The notes beneath the pieces were generated by a model, which was not told where the DNA came from, made no database searches, and was given only the letters and a program-made list of their open reading frames with translations. A stretch of 64,000 nucleotides of DNA from Podarcis melisellensis. Lineage: Eukaryota. The stretch lies in NCBI GenBank assembly GCA_964234715.1, contig OZ174280.1. The stretch is one strand, 5' to 3'. Shown here in pieces: positions 11,981 to 23,040 of this stretch. Within the stretch, counting starts at the first letter, position 1. Each line of letters opens with the position of its first letter. The position numbers and the translations under genes are program-made.

Positions 11981-12796
11981 CAAAGCTATACTTTGTGTAT
12001 AGTCACAAAGTTTGAGTGTGTATAGGCATTTATTTAAAAGCATTTGTATGTTGCTCAAAATTTCGAAAATTTCTAAGCAGCTCTAATGGCCAGAGTGGCT
12101 GTGTGAGCAGAACTGCAGAGCTCTGCTGTCTTTCCAATGCTATATGTCACTGCTGGCTACTGAAAGGTGGAAGGACAAGATGGACAGAGCTCAGCATAAT
12201 GCAGGTACAGCATCCAGATCATTGGATTATCTATACTTCTGCATTTATTCAGTAGATTGTTGAGAAGGTAACCTAAACACTTCCATAAACCAAATACCTG
12301 CTCAGCCCACATAAGGCACAATCCTCCATTCATTAAGATGTTCCTACTATGGACTGAAATTCTCAGGTGTTCTCAGGTTCTTTATGTATGCTACTACTGC
12401 AGCGCATGTTTTGTGAGCCCAAAAATGGAAAAGGAGTGAGGTCCCAACTAAAGAAGAATGGCAACATAAGTTGACAGAATATGCACAACTCGCAGACTTA
12501 ACATATAGAGTAAAAGAAGAACATACGTTTAGAGAAGAATGGAAAACGTTTATTGGATAGATGAGAAATAATTGTGTACTGCTGAAAATGCTGGCAGCAT
12601 TATGATAAATTCAACAGTGTAAACAAGTTTTGATGGATGCAATAATGGAATACTGAATTGTATCATTTTTGTAAAATATGGAGGGATTTATTATAAGTAA
12701 AATGAACCACTGAAAGAGAAGAAAGGAAGTCATTGATATCATAAGGATGTAAAGTGAGTATCTTTAATTGTAAAAGAGAAAACTTAATAAAAATTA

Positions 12797-13008
12797 CAGT
12801 GGAACCTCTACTCACGACAACAGTCCATTCCGGAGGCCTCTCCTTATGGCGAAACGGGTTGCTGGGAGAGACACTGTTGTGCGCAGGAGTGGGCGGTGAT
12901 TGCCTGCTTCTACGCATGTGTGAATGGCGGCAAACCCAACGGTTACTTGCCATGGTCGCAACTTGGAACGTCCGTGAATGGAGGTGGTTGTAAGTAGACG
13001 TTCTACTT
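12797..13008. mobile_element. Tc1/mariner (Tigger-like) MITE
   Basis: TA|CAGTGGAACCTCTACT left end and degenerate right end AGTAGACGTTCTACTT|TA. Confidence 0.75.
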
Positions 13009-13373
13009 TATATACAAAAAGAGAGAGAGATATTCCTATTATGAAGCAATTTCAAGATGCTATTGCTTGCACGAATGTTTTCAATCTTGGGCAGGAGGTG
13101 GTCTTATGCTCCTTAAAATATTAACATTTAATTGTGATGGACCTTTTCACAATCACCTTTCTTTTTCACAAGTGTTTTACACTCCCTTTATAGAGTTCTG
13201 AATAAGACTGAAGGAATCCACTTCAATTCTCTGGCTCACTGCACTGTGCGGAATCAAGCTAAAGCCAGGTAGCCATGTGTAATTCTGAATGGGAACTTCA
13301 CAGCTATTGCTAACGGCACGAGGAAACAGCAGGCTTGATGAATGAAAAACCCAAAGCTGCAAGAGAGGAGATA

Positions 13374-13390
13374 GGCCACTAGATGGCATC
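13374..13390 (+). promoter_or_regulatory. Candidate CTCF binding site
   Basis: GGCCACTAGATGGCATC matches the core CCASYAGRKGGCR. CTGCAA lies about 18 bp upstream, at the spacing of the upstream motif. Confidence 0.45.
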
Positions 13391-14169
13391 TTAAGAGAGG
13401 CTTCATCCTATCTCTGCTGTTCCCATCACCATTCATAGAATGCTGGTTCAGAAAGGCCAGCCGACAGAGAAAAGCATCAATGGAGAAGACAGAGAGAAAG
13501 TGATGTATCTGTCTTGGAAGAGACGCACCTGGATTTTGCCTTACAAATTGTTTGAAAGTCCAGACTGCGCCATCGTTTCTCTGTCAGCTGTAAACAATGA
13601 ACAAATTGAGGATCCCCCCTCTCCCACCACTAAAGGACATTTCACTTTACTTGAATGAAAGTCAAGTATGCGGTGGTTCTGTATTCCTCTTTCTCCCCAT
13701 CACTTCTTCACTTCCCAAACAGACAGCAAACCTAGGCCAGTGATTAGTTCTCAGTGAATGGTGCTGACCAAAAATACATTGGAATTAGCTAGAAATAGAT
13801 CCTATTGATGTGTGTGGTAAATATTGGTATGGCTGTGATTTGAAGAAGAGCCCCTGTACTCTGCTGCTGTACCGTGGGAAGGTGCGTTGCTGACTGGAGG
13901 AAGCAGACAGCAATAAATGGAATTAAATAGGCCACAACTTTATTGAAGGGAAAGGGCATTCATGCACCTGCTAAGACCTCAGCATAGAACGTGTGGTCTG
14001 AATCACTTCCTATGAGCTGTTCGGGTAGCTTAGCATAGATAACCAGCCACAATGTCCCATTAAGGTCAAGTCTGAGCTGTACCTGATGGGTGGCAAAACA
14101 TTCCCCTTGTGAAGAAGGGCAAGTTTAATGGGGATACTCAGATTAGCTGCCTATTAGATCTCTGCTTGG

Positions 14170-14506
14170 TGCAGAAAGCAGAGAGTAGGAACAAATGGAT
14201 AGCCCTCTGAATGGAGGGATGTAGAAAGTGGAATCCCCGAAGCTCAAAGGATCTGTATTAGGACCTGCACTTTTAAATAAATGATCTAGACTTAGGAGTG
14301 AGTGATGAGGTGACCAAGTTTGCTGATAATATGAAATTATTCAGTTGTTGGGGGGGGGGAGAGACATTCTGAAAAGATCCATAAGGACCTCTCCAAACTA
14401 AATGAGTGGGTGGCAAAATGGAAAATGCAGTTTAGTGGAAAGTCGTGTATGCTTGGGCGAAATATCTTGATTTCCCATATATGCTTATGGGGTCTGAACT
14501 GGCAGA
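14170..14506 (+). mobile_element. CR1 ORF2 reverse transcriptase internal fragment (frameshifted)
   Basis: Remnants of RKQRVG.NG..SEWRDVESG.P.GSVLGP.LF..NDL.LGVS.EV.KFAD..KLF..DLSKL.EW.AKW.MQF. Confidence 0.85.
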
Positions 14507-15324
14507 AAGACTACATCATTGCTTTTCAACAAAACATCTGGTGGTTGAAACAGGAGGAACCTAGTAAACAGACACAAGAACTCCAAGTAGGCAGTGGTTT
14601 AGGTAGGAATCATGCTGTAATTACCAGAATGCCACTTATCAAAGGCAAGTTTCCATCGACTGACTATTGAGCTCTGCGCTGACGAAATAAAGGCTCCTTA
14701 GCAGCGCTGAAATCGAAAGCTGCATTGCTACCCCTCTGATGAGCGAGGTTCCGTACTGTAAGCTAGGGAGAGTCATCGTGTACGTGCTTAAGAGTACTGT
14801 GTTTGGTAAGCAACAGATTAAATGTCTATTTGCTGGAGATCCCTATTGGCAAATTTTAAATTTGCATTATGGAGCCAAAGAACTGGATTCTTGGGAGCAG
14901 CACATGGGAGTAAAAGATGAAGAAATAATGTTGATGGGGATTGGCCATGGATGGGGAAGAGTTGGGGATTGCAAACCTGCTTGAGTGGATGCAGTGAAAG
15001 CATGATTTGTTAATGTACAAGTGATCAATCAATGGTCAAAATTTATGTTAAAGGTTAACAGCAGGCTTCTGCCTTACAGGCATCCTGATTCTACCTCAAT
15101 CAACAGAAATATAATTGTTAGGCGCTGCACACATTTTTACCAAATGCCAAGAGAGCAAGAGATGGTATACTTCATTCTAAAATTTAGGCTATAACCCTAA
15201 CCACACTAACCTGGGGATAAACATCATTAGGACTTACTTGTGAGTAGATATGATTAGGTGCTGCCATTGTGTTAGCTTACGGTGGCCATTATTTTCTGTT
15301 AGGCATGGGGGATAATGTTGATTC

Positions 15325-15700
15325 AGTTCACATTTAAAGACAAACCTATAAAATCTGCACTTTCTGAGGCACAACAGCCTTCCTTTGAAAGTCATACTTA
15401 TCTGAATTTTGTGCTGCAGTTCTCTAGCCAACCAATGCTTATAAAAATGGATATATTAAAGGAAATGGGCATAAACATAATGTTAGTGAAAATAACATGC
15501 AAAAATGTATTGTATTAAGGAAAGTTGCTTGCAAAACTGCATACAAAAATGTGTACATTAGGAGAAATACACACTAAAGTGCTGATGAATTTTTGAAATG
15601 ATTTTTAAAATCACAAATTGCTGCTGAAATGTGATAACTTTTCTCAGACTTAAACTGAGGAGCAGAGAGAACCAAAACTGACAGATCCTTCCGTCCTTAT
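15325..15700. mobile_element. A-rich squamate interspersed repeat (probable non-autonomous DNA element)
   Basis: Internally repetitive AAAAATG..TATTAGG..AAA units ending CTGACAGATCCTTCCGTCCTTA. Family uncertain. Confidence 0.4.
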
Positions 15701-15911
15701 TCGCTGCAGAATCTCTCTCTTTTTGTCCTTTCTCCTTCTAGCACCTGTAATTCTCTTTCAAGTTTCAAAATTTTGCCCATCTTCACCACTGACATGATTG
15801 GTGCAGGGTCACCATTTTGCAAAAAATATAGTGCTGTGTACTTCTTTAGAGGATTACTAGACTTAAGCTACTGCCTCATCTTTATTCTCCAACATCTCCA
15901 CTTAAGTCTTC

Positions 15912-16056
15912 TAGGGTAGCCATATTTTGAAGAGCAAAGAAGAGGACACATTTGCCAACTTCTGCTTTTAACTATGGATTGCTATGATGAGACTCATTTT
16001 ACATACCCATGAAAAAGATGACGTGTCTGGGAAAAAGAGAACATATGGCAACCCTA
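15912..16056. mobile_element. hAT-type MITE
   Basis: TIRs TAGGGTAGCCATAT / ATATGGCAACCCTA, with GTCTTC present on both flanks. Confidence 0.7.
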
Positions 16057-17798
16057 GTCTTCACAGGATTTTTCTTTTTTCCTGCTTTCACCTGCTGAAG
16101 CAGATTTATTTTGTGTAAATCAGAAATGAGCTTTTGTGAACAGAAGTTAAGAATGCCATTGCCGAGTCTTCTTCAGAATCTAGTTCTCCTGACACCATTA
16201 GGGCCTGCCAAGGAGGAGGTGTGTTTATTCCCTTCAGTTCACCCCAGTGATTTGAGTGATTTGAGTGACATCATGGCTGGGCTCAGGCTAAGGGCAAGAA
16301 AACATTGACGCTTTCAGGAATCCAACTCAGATTTAATTGCCCTGGGTCTGTACGTTGGCAGGAGAGAGAGGAAAAAACCCAACCACAACACACTCCACTA
16401 TCTGAGTCCAAAGCACACCAGCTAATTAGAATAATGGCTGGTGAGGTGAGTTGTTGGAAGACAACCTCTGTTAAGCTGTTTACAATCAATTTCCTTGGCA
16501 TCTCATGGATGCATTCAAAGGTTTTCCTTGTGTAGCTCATCAGTCATGTGCCACTCAGGGGCAAAACATCAGAAATTGTGCCAAAGTAACCATGACAGCC
16601 CAAATACAGAATATCAAGGAGAAAAATAGCCTGCTTATGTGGAAGTGCAAATGGTAGGAGAGCTTTCTGCGCAGCTAGACGAAAGACGCAACTTCTATGG
16701 TGAACTGTGTCCCACAATTCTGACCAGTAAGCCACATTCTTTCTTCTGCTTCAGTTCACACAGCCACAAAGCAGGTTTTGTGCATCTGTTCTTCCTTTTG
16801 GAACATAATCACTACAGACCTCTGCAGCGGCATCACAGAAGAACAATCAACGTGTTCTGAGCTATGGAATAAGAGAGAAGGGTAGACCAATCCTGTACAT
16901 AATGGTGCTGTCAGATAATTATACTGCAGCAGTGTTCCCACCAGAGCATTATTTGGTAATATGTCTGGTCTAATGGGTTACTCTGGGCTTCTCCAGATGA
17001 CGTATTTACTGAGCATTCATCCTGATTTGCTTGCACAAAGCTTATGCAGAGGTTTTATTATATCCAGTCTTTATTGAGCATTCATTCTGGTTTTCAAGGA
17101 GATTATACAGCAATGAGCCTACATCCTGATTTGCTTATACATTTCCCATTAATCATTTGCTCATTTCATACTTTTCAGTGCATTTCCACATCACCTTTCC
17201 TAACCACAAAAAGTCTGTCTCTTTCTGAAAGTGCATATGTTGTGCCAGGCTGGCTAAGTACTGTACTCCAATTTAATTCAATTGCACAAACCAAAATATG
17301 CACTTCAATCCCTCCTGCAAAACCCTGACAGTCTGGAGGCTTCCTCTTGTATATATCAGATTTCTTAAATGGGGTAGTCCATAAACATTCCATGCTAAGA
17401 AAACAACAACCAAATTTTACTCCCTCTCATCTTCACCATTTGCCCCGTCAATCCAGCCTTCCTGTTCACAAAGACAGAAGAAGACATGGAGAAGCTCAAC
17501 AGAATATGGTGAGCAGCCCCCATCCAATGCCCCTCACCCCCCCAAAAAAGGAAGATCAATGACAGCAAGTGAAAATTAAGGTAAACAAGGTATCTTCATG
17601 TGTAAAGAGGCATGGGGAATCAGGGAAATGGCACACAAGAGTATTTAGTAGATAAAACATTCCTTCTATTCCCCAAGTTCAGAAGTGAGTGTTAATCTTT
17701 GTGCAAACAAAAACAAAAATAAAAATGGCCCCATCTATGTATGGATGGCAGGGCTGGGGGAACACCCAGGTTTGCAGAAATACAGAACCTCTTGGCCA

Positions 17799-17930
17799 NN
17801 NNNNNNNNNNNNNNNNNNNNNNNNNNNNNNNNNNNNNNNNNNNNNNNNNNNNNNNNNNNNNNNNNNNNNNNNNNNNNNNNNNNNNNNNNNNNNNNNNNNN
17901 NNNNNNNNNNNNNNNNNNNNNNNNNNNNNN
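17799..17930. other. Assembly gap (132 N)
   Basis: Run of N. Confidence 1.
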
Positions 17931-18094
17931 GAGAGTGCTTAGGGGCCATAAGAAAGGGGCAGAAAAATGGGTGGATTGTGTATCGAAGGGTAGCATGGCT
18001 GACTGATTACTTTGTTTTAGAGCCCACTTGTATTGTATAAAAATAGACACAAATATAGATTCACGTCATCCCTGGATCACATACAAATGAAATC

Positions 18095-18435
18095 AAAGTA
18101 AAGGGTAAAGGGACCCCTGACCATTAGGTCCAGTCGTGACCGACTCTAGGGTTGCGGCGCTCATCTCACTTGTGGCACTCATCTCACACTGAGGGAGCGG
18201 GCATACATCTTCCAGGTCATGTGGCCGGCATGACTAAGCTGCTTCTGGTGAACAAGAGCAGTGCACGGAAATGCCATTTACCTTCCAGCCAGAGTGGTAC
18301 CTATTTATCTACTTGCACTTTGACATGCTTTTGAACTGCTAGGTTGGCAGAAGCAGGGACCGAGCAACGGGAGCTCATCTTCTGATTGGCAAGTCCTAGG
18401 CCCTGTAGTTTAACCCACAGCGCCACCCGCATCCC
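18095..18435 (-). mobile_element. Sauria SINE (Squam1) with internal deletion
   Basis: Reverse complement of the GGGATGCGGGTGGCGCTGTGGGTTAAAC head and an ACCTTT-type tail. Aligns with the copies at 29920 and 51349. Confidence 0.93.
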
Positions 18436-20734
18436 TCAGAAATGGAATGGACCCCATTCAAAGAAGGGAATGATCCTCAAGACCACGTCTACACTCTCTT
18501 CCCTTATCCCCTTTTGGGACAATAGTTGCAGGCGTTTTCCCTGCATTTTTCTTCCTTGGTGCTAGTATAACACTGAAAGTCCTGCAGTTGTGTGGGAAGG
18601 AGCCATTCCATAGCTCTTTCTTGAAGAGTTCTATCCACATGCTCTTGGGAAATCATATCTCTGTATTAGGTAAAGAGAAACTAAAAGATCGTGTGTGTTT
18701 TAATGCCATAGATTGGGAAACTTAGGTTGTGAAGCAGCTGTGTTGTTCATGGCCAATCTGGAGCCCGTGTGCTGTATCAAGCCAGCCACAATGAAGTATT
18801 AAGGCTGTGCCTATCTGGTGCAGAAAGAGCCATAAAGTCCAGTGATTTGGATGGCATGGAGAGCCACTGTGTTTCAGTTTGCCTGTTGCTTCAGGAATAG
18901 CAAATCAGCGAGATTCACAGTTAAATGTGAACTGAATCAAACTTCTCACCCAACCTTTTGCCCTGCTACTACACATAGCTAATGAGGCTGGCACAGACTT
19001 CCTCTTGTGGGGAAAAAGATACCTGCCTTTCTTAGTATACTTCCTTCACTTTGGGTCACATGTTGCTTCACACCCTGTGAAAGGAGCATAGGGCTTCTTT
19101 GTCAACGTGGATCTATTTAAGAGCATATCATTTGCTATGCCCTAAAGTGCTCAAGGACAGTTCCATTGTACAGTACAGTACAGTCCTGTACTGTACATCT
19201 CTACTCAGGAGCAAGTCACATTGAGTTCAACAGGGCTCACTCCCAGAATTACAGCATGGGAAACCTTCTTCTTCTTTTTTTAAAAAAAGAAGAAGTTCCA
19301 AATAGGAAACCAAAGGTATTTGCATTTCTTCTATTTCCCAGTCATTTACTGCTCATCCCTGATGTTAATTATTCAGATGATAACAGAAGGTGGATAAGAT
19401 CATAACTCTGGGAAATTGAGTTCCTGCTCCTTCCTTGTAAAATTACCAAGACCACATATTACAACTTTTTGTGGAAATTAATACGTAGTCTGCAGCAGAA
19501 GTTGCTTCCAGTAATAACGAGTGGCAGAGCCAATATTATTGATAACTAGGTAACAAGGAGTATTTCACAGTAGAAGCATATATTAAAAGGACTCAGATAA
19601 AGTGTGTGTGTGTGTGCAGTAGGTTATGCTGAGAGAGAGCAATTGAGCCATGGCTTATTGAACCTCATGGTCTCCCAAGCCCTAGCCAGCTGCTGGGCAC
19701 ATCAACTTTCCTCAGTCTATGTTCCCCATTATTTTGTGAAACAGCAAATGTAGAGAAACTTTATGAAATGTCTGGGATACAATATATGAATGAACTAAGG
19801 ATTGCTACTGGAAGTTTTGATAGTGACTCCTAGGAATGATCATCAGATGAAAACTTTCTACTATTGCCTCAGAAACCAGACAATGAATGTAAAGCCATGT
19901 AATGAATGAATGTAAGCATGCACTGAATGGGTGTAATACGACAGTCAGGATAGGATATCTGAAAATGGAGAAAGCAGGAACTGAATACTCCTGGCTCAGA
20001 TGTGACCTTGGTTATAAATCTGTCAATGATTCCTTCAGTTAAGTCTCAAAGCTGGAACATGCATTAGATCGTCATCATTCAATTTCTGAGCATTAAAAAT
20101 GAACTCCAACTTCCTAATAACATCTGCACTTTTGTCATCTCCTCTCCATTTCATCATTATGTTATTAATGTTGCTATGTCCCTTTTCATAGATGATCTGT
20201 TGAGTGGTCTTGTCAAGCTGCACTCCAGTGAGCAAACAGACAGCGACTTTGTTCTCATAGAAAAGCGACAGTTGAGGAAGTGTCTTCCCCTGAAATCAGC
20301 TTTTTAAAAGACATTATTTGATGACATGAAAATGGCATTAAAAGGTACACAAACTCCATCGTGATTCCAGCTCTAGTCCACTTGAATGACTGTTAACAAG
20401 CAAGCAAGCATTAGAGATACTGCTGAGCTCATCTAAAAATTTTCAAAGTTCAAAATTCATGCTTTAATATTAATATCTCATCAACTAATTGACTGCTACC
20501 ATTCATTTTTCCAGTGTTCTCCCAGTTCTACTTGTAGTTGATAGATGCATGTGACAGGGAGGGCCTATCTACCATATTTATACTTATGCATGGGAAGTCA
20601 GATGTAATTAGTTTTGTTAATGATATCTCTGTGGGAGCCACAGTAGAGACCCAGCTCTGTATTTTTGTCAGGGTGAAGACAGAGAAGGTTCATTGTTTGC
20701 AGGGACTCTAAACCATAAAGTTGAAGATTCAGGT

Positions 20735-21080
20735 AGTGTGGTAGGGTAGGGTTATGTTGGTCTGACGCAGTCGAAATAAAAAAATTGTCTAGTAGCACCT
20801 TAGAGACCAACTAAGTTTGTTCTGGGTATAAGCTTTCGTGTGCATGCACACTTCTTCAGATACACTGAAACAGAAGTCACCAGACCCTTATATACAGTGG
20901 CGTGGTGGGGTGGGGTTTTGCTCAGGAGGGTAGTAGGAGATGGGTGATTGACTCAATGGGTATGGTAAACCTGTTGATGACTGTTAAGGACAGCAATTAG
21001 TCCTACAGAAAAAAGCAAGGGATAGTATGCAGATGACCAAAAATAGCTTTAGCATGTGTAATGAGACAAGAATCCAATAT
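20735..21080 (-). mobile_element. Penelope-like element 3' fragment (ORF C-terminus and pseudo-LTR)
   Basis: Minus strand IGFLSHYTC* (21078-21049) is typical of the end of the Penelope GIY-YIG ORF. Also GTAGCACCTTAGAGACCAAC and a hammerhead motif. Confidence 0.85.
20826..20863 (-). ncRNA. Minimal type I hammerhead ribozyme (Penelope-associated)
   Basis: Minus strand GUAU-CUGAAGA-A-GUGUG(CAUG)CACAC-GAAA-GCU-UA^UAC: intact catalytic core, 5-bp stem II, palindromic AGCU stem III and short stem I GUA/UAC. Confidence 0.85.
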
Positions 21081-21313
21081 AACATAAAGTTGAAGGTGGA
21101 CACATTCTTTCCTGGAAGTAACTTGTTAAAAGAGAGGCCCCTGGGGCCTTTATAACCTGTGGAACCTCAAAGAAAAGCTGTCAGACTGAGAGGAATGGAG
21201 CAAACAGATTTTCAAATTCTGAAATGTATTTTCTTCGCATGGTAGTATTTACAAGTTCATATGATGTTCGGTGATGTGGCAATACAGTAGTTCCTTACTT
21301 TTTCTCTCCCCCT

Positions 21314-21516
21314 GAGCCAGTGTAGTGTAGTGTAGTGGTTTCAGGGTTGGACTAGAACTTGGGAGACCAGGATTCAAATCCTCTCTCAGCTATTAAAACC
21401 ACTGGATGACTTTGGGCCCATCACTCATTGTCAGCCTACCCTGCCTCACAGGGAAGAGCCATGTATGCTACTATGAGTTCTTTGTAGGAAAGGTGGTATA
21501 TAAGAACAACAACAAT
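21314..21516 (+). mobile_element. Squam3-like tRNA-derived SINE
   Basis: A-box-like GTGTAGTGG, B-box GGATTCAAATCC, body GGATGACTTTGGGCC..CAGCCTACC..CCTCACAGGG, and (AAC)n tail. Confidence 0.75.
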
Positions 21517-22683
21517 GGGCAATTGTTAAAATCCCACATACTCTGTCATCCTGGTGGCAAAGGCATATTTATTTTTGTTTTAGCAAAGTTCCTTCTCCAT
21601 TGCTAGAAAAATGAATGTGTTCTTCTTAAATTCCTTTGTGAGTGTATATTTAAAGCATTAAAATAACCCAGGCTTCTGTTCATCATTGCATGAGTTTGAA
21701 ACAGGGAACAAGAAAAATAGCTGTGCATTATTTCTCTATCTAATTATATTTGGATCTCTCTGGTGCAGAAGGGGGGAAGTAAATTATACAGAAAATGTAT
21801 TCAAGACGATGTTAATGTTATTAGACACCTTCATTATAATGTATGATGAAGCATGTAAGTGAAATTTCTCTGGACCCCGTGGGTAACATATTGATTTTGG
21901 CAGACATTAAAGTTTCCATTTGATGCTTAAGTAAAATCTAATCTGACTTCAGATTTTGCAGAATATCTTATGGTAATTAGACGTGTTTGTGCTTTATTGA
22001 TTTTTAAGACAAACATACACATGTAGGGAATTCTAACACTCCTGTTTCAAGAAAACCAGGCTCCTTACTTAGCTAAATTTCTTACAATTAAAATCTCCTT
22101 TCCTAATCTAGCCATCATTACACTTGAAAGAAGTAAACATGGATAAGGCTTGGGGAGCAAAATAATAATGAAATTAAGTGTTCATTAGGTTTTTTTAATG
22201 GGAATTTGCTTTGGAATACTCAGGATGATCATCCCCACTGGCCTTTGCAGACATTTCTCCTCTCTGTGATTTAAGAAAAAACACACCAGAAAGAATCTCT
22301 GCTTTCTGGCCTTGGAAAAGTCAGGTACCATGTAACAGAAGCATACTTGTTTACTGCTAATGGACAACACCAATGTAAATGTATGCATACACCACAGAGT
22401 AAAGACTAGGGCTATGTGTTGGCTTTGGACAAATTCTGCCAGTTTGGGATGATCTGGAAAAGGTCTGGGTCACCCCAGGTCAGATCCATCTGGAGTGATC
22501 CAGGAATGTCAAAAGGAGAGCAATCCACTGAATACATGTTTAACCAGTGTTTAAACCCTGATTAACACACAATCTGTGGTAAGGAGAGGGAGGAGAAGGC
22601 GATGCCATCAGATACTCTGTCCTTCTCTCCCCCACCATCATCAGCTGGGCTATGTAAGGCTTCCAGATCAGGCCTACATTGGT

Positions 22684-23040
22684 ATACTCTCCAACCTTTC
22701 TCTAGTGAAAGTAGGGACATCCTATTCAATCATCATCATTTTATTATTTGTACCCCACCCATCTGACTGGGTTGCCCCAGCCACTCTAGGAGGCTTCAAA
22801 CATATACTAAAACATAATAAAACATTCAACATTACAAAATTTCCCAATACAGTGCTGTCTTCTAAAGGTTGTATAGTTACTTAGCTCCTTGGCTCAGGGG
22901 TTGCATAACTCCCCTCCAATATTTCTCTGATAAAAATAGGGACATCCTAAGGAAAAGTGGGACATTCTGGGATCAAATAAAAAAAGCGGGACAGCTTCTA
23001 TAAATCCGGGAATGTCCCTGGAAAATACTTGGAGGGTCTG
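22684..23040. mobile_element. Composite hAT MITE with duplicated left end enclosing an L2 3' tail
   Basis: CTCCAA..TTTCTCT..TGA/AAAA.TAGGGACATCCTA occurs at about 22690 and about 22914. Right end is TTGGAGGGTCTG. The L2 tail lies at 22730-22900. Confidence 0.7.

Noticed and set aside
14678-14750. Possible second hammerhead (CTGACGA..CGAAAGC..GCTA..CTGATGA)
   Set aside because: Stem III can form, but stems I and II cannot pair in either topology.
17679-18050. ORFs spanning the first gap
   Set aside because: Open only because of the N run.
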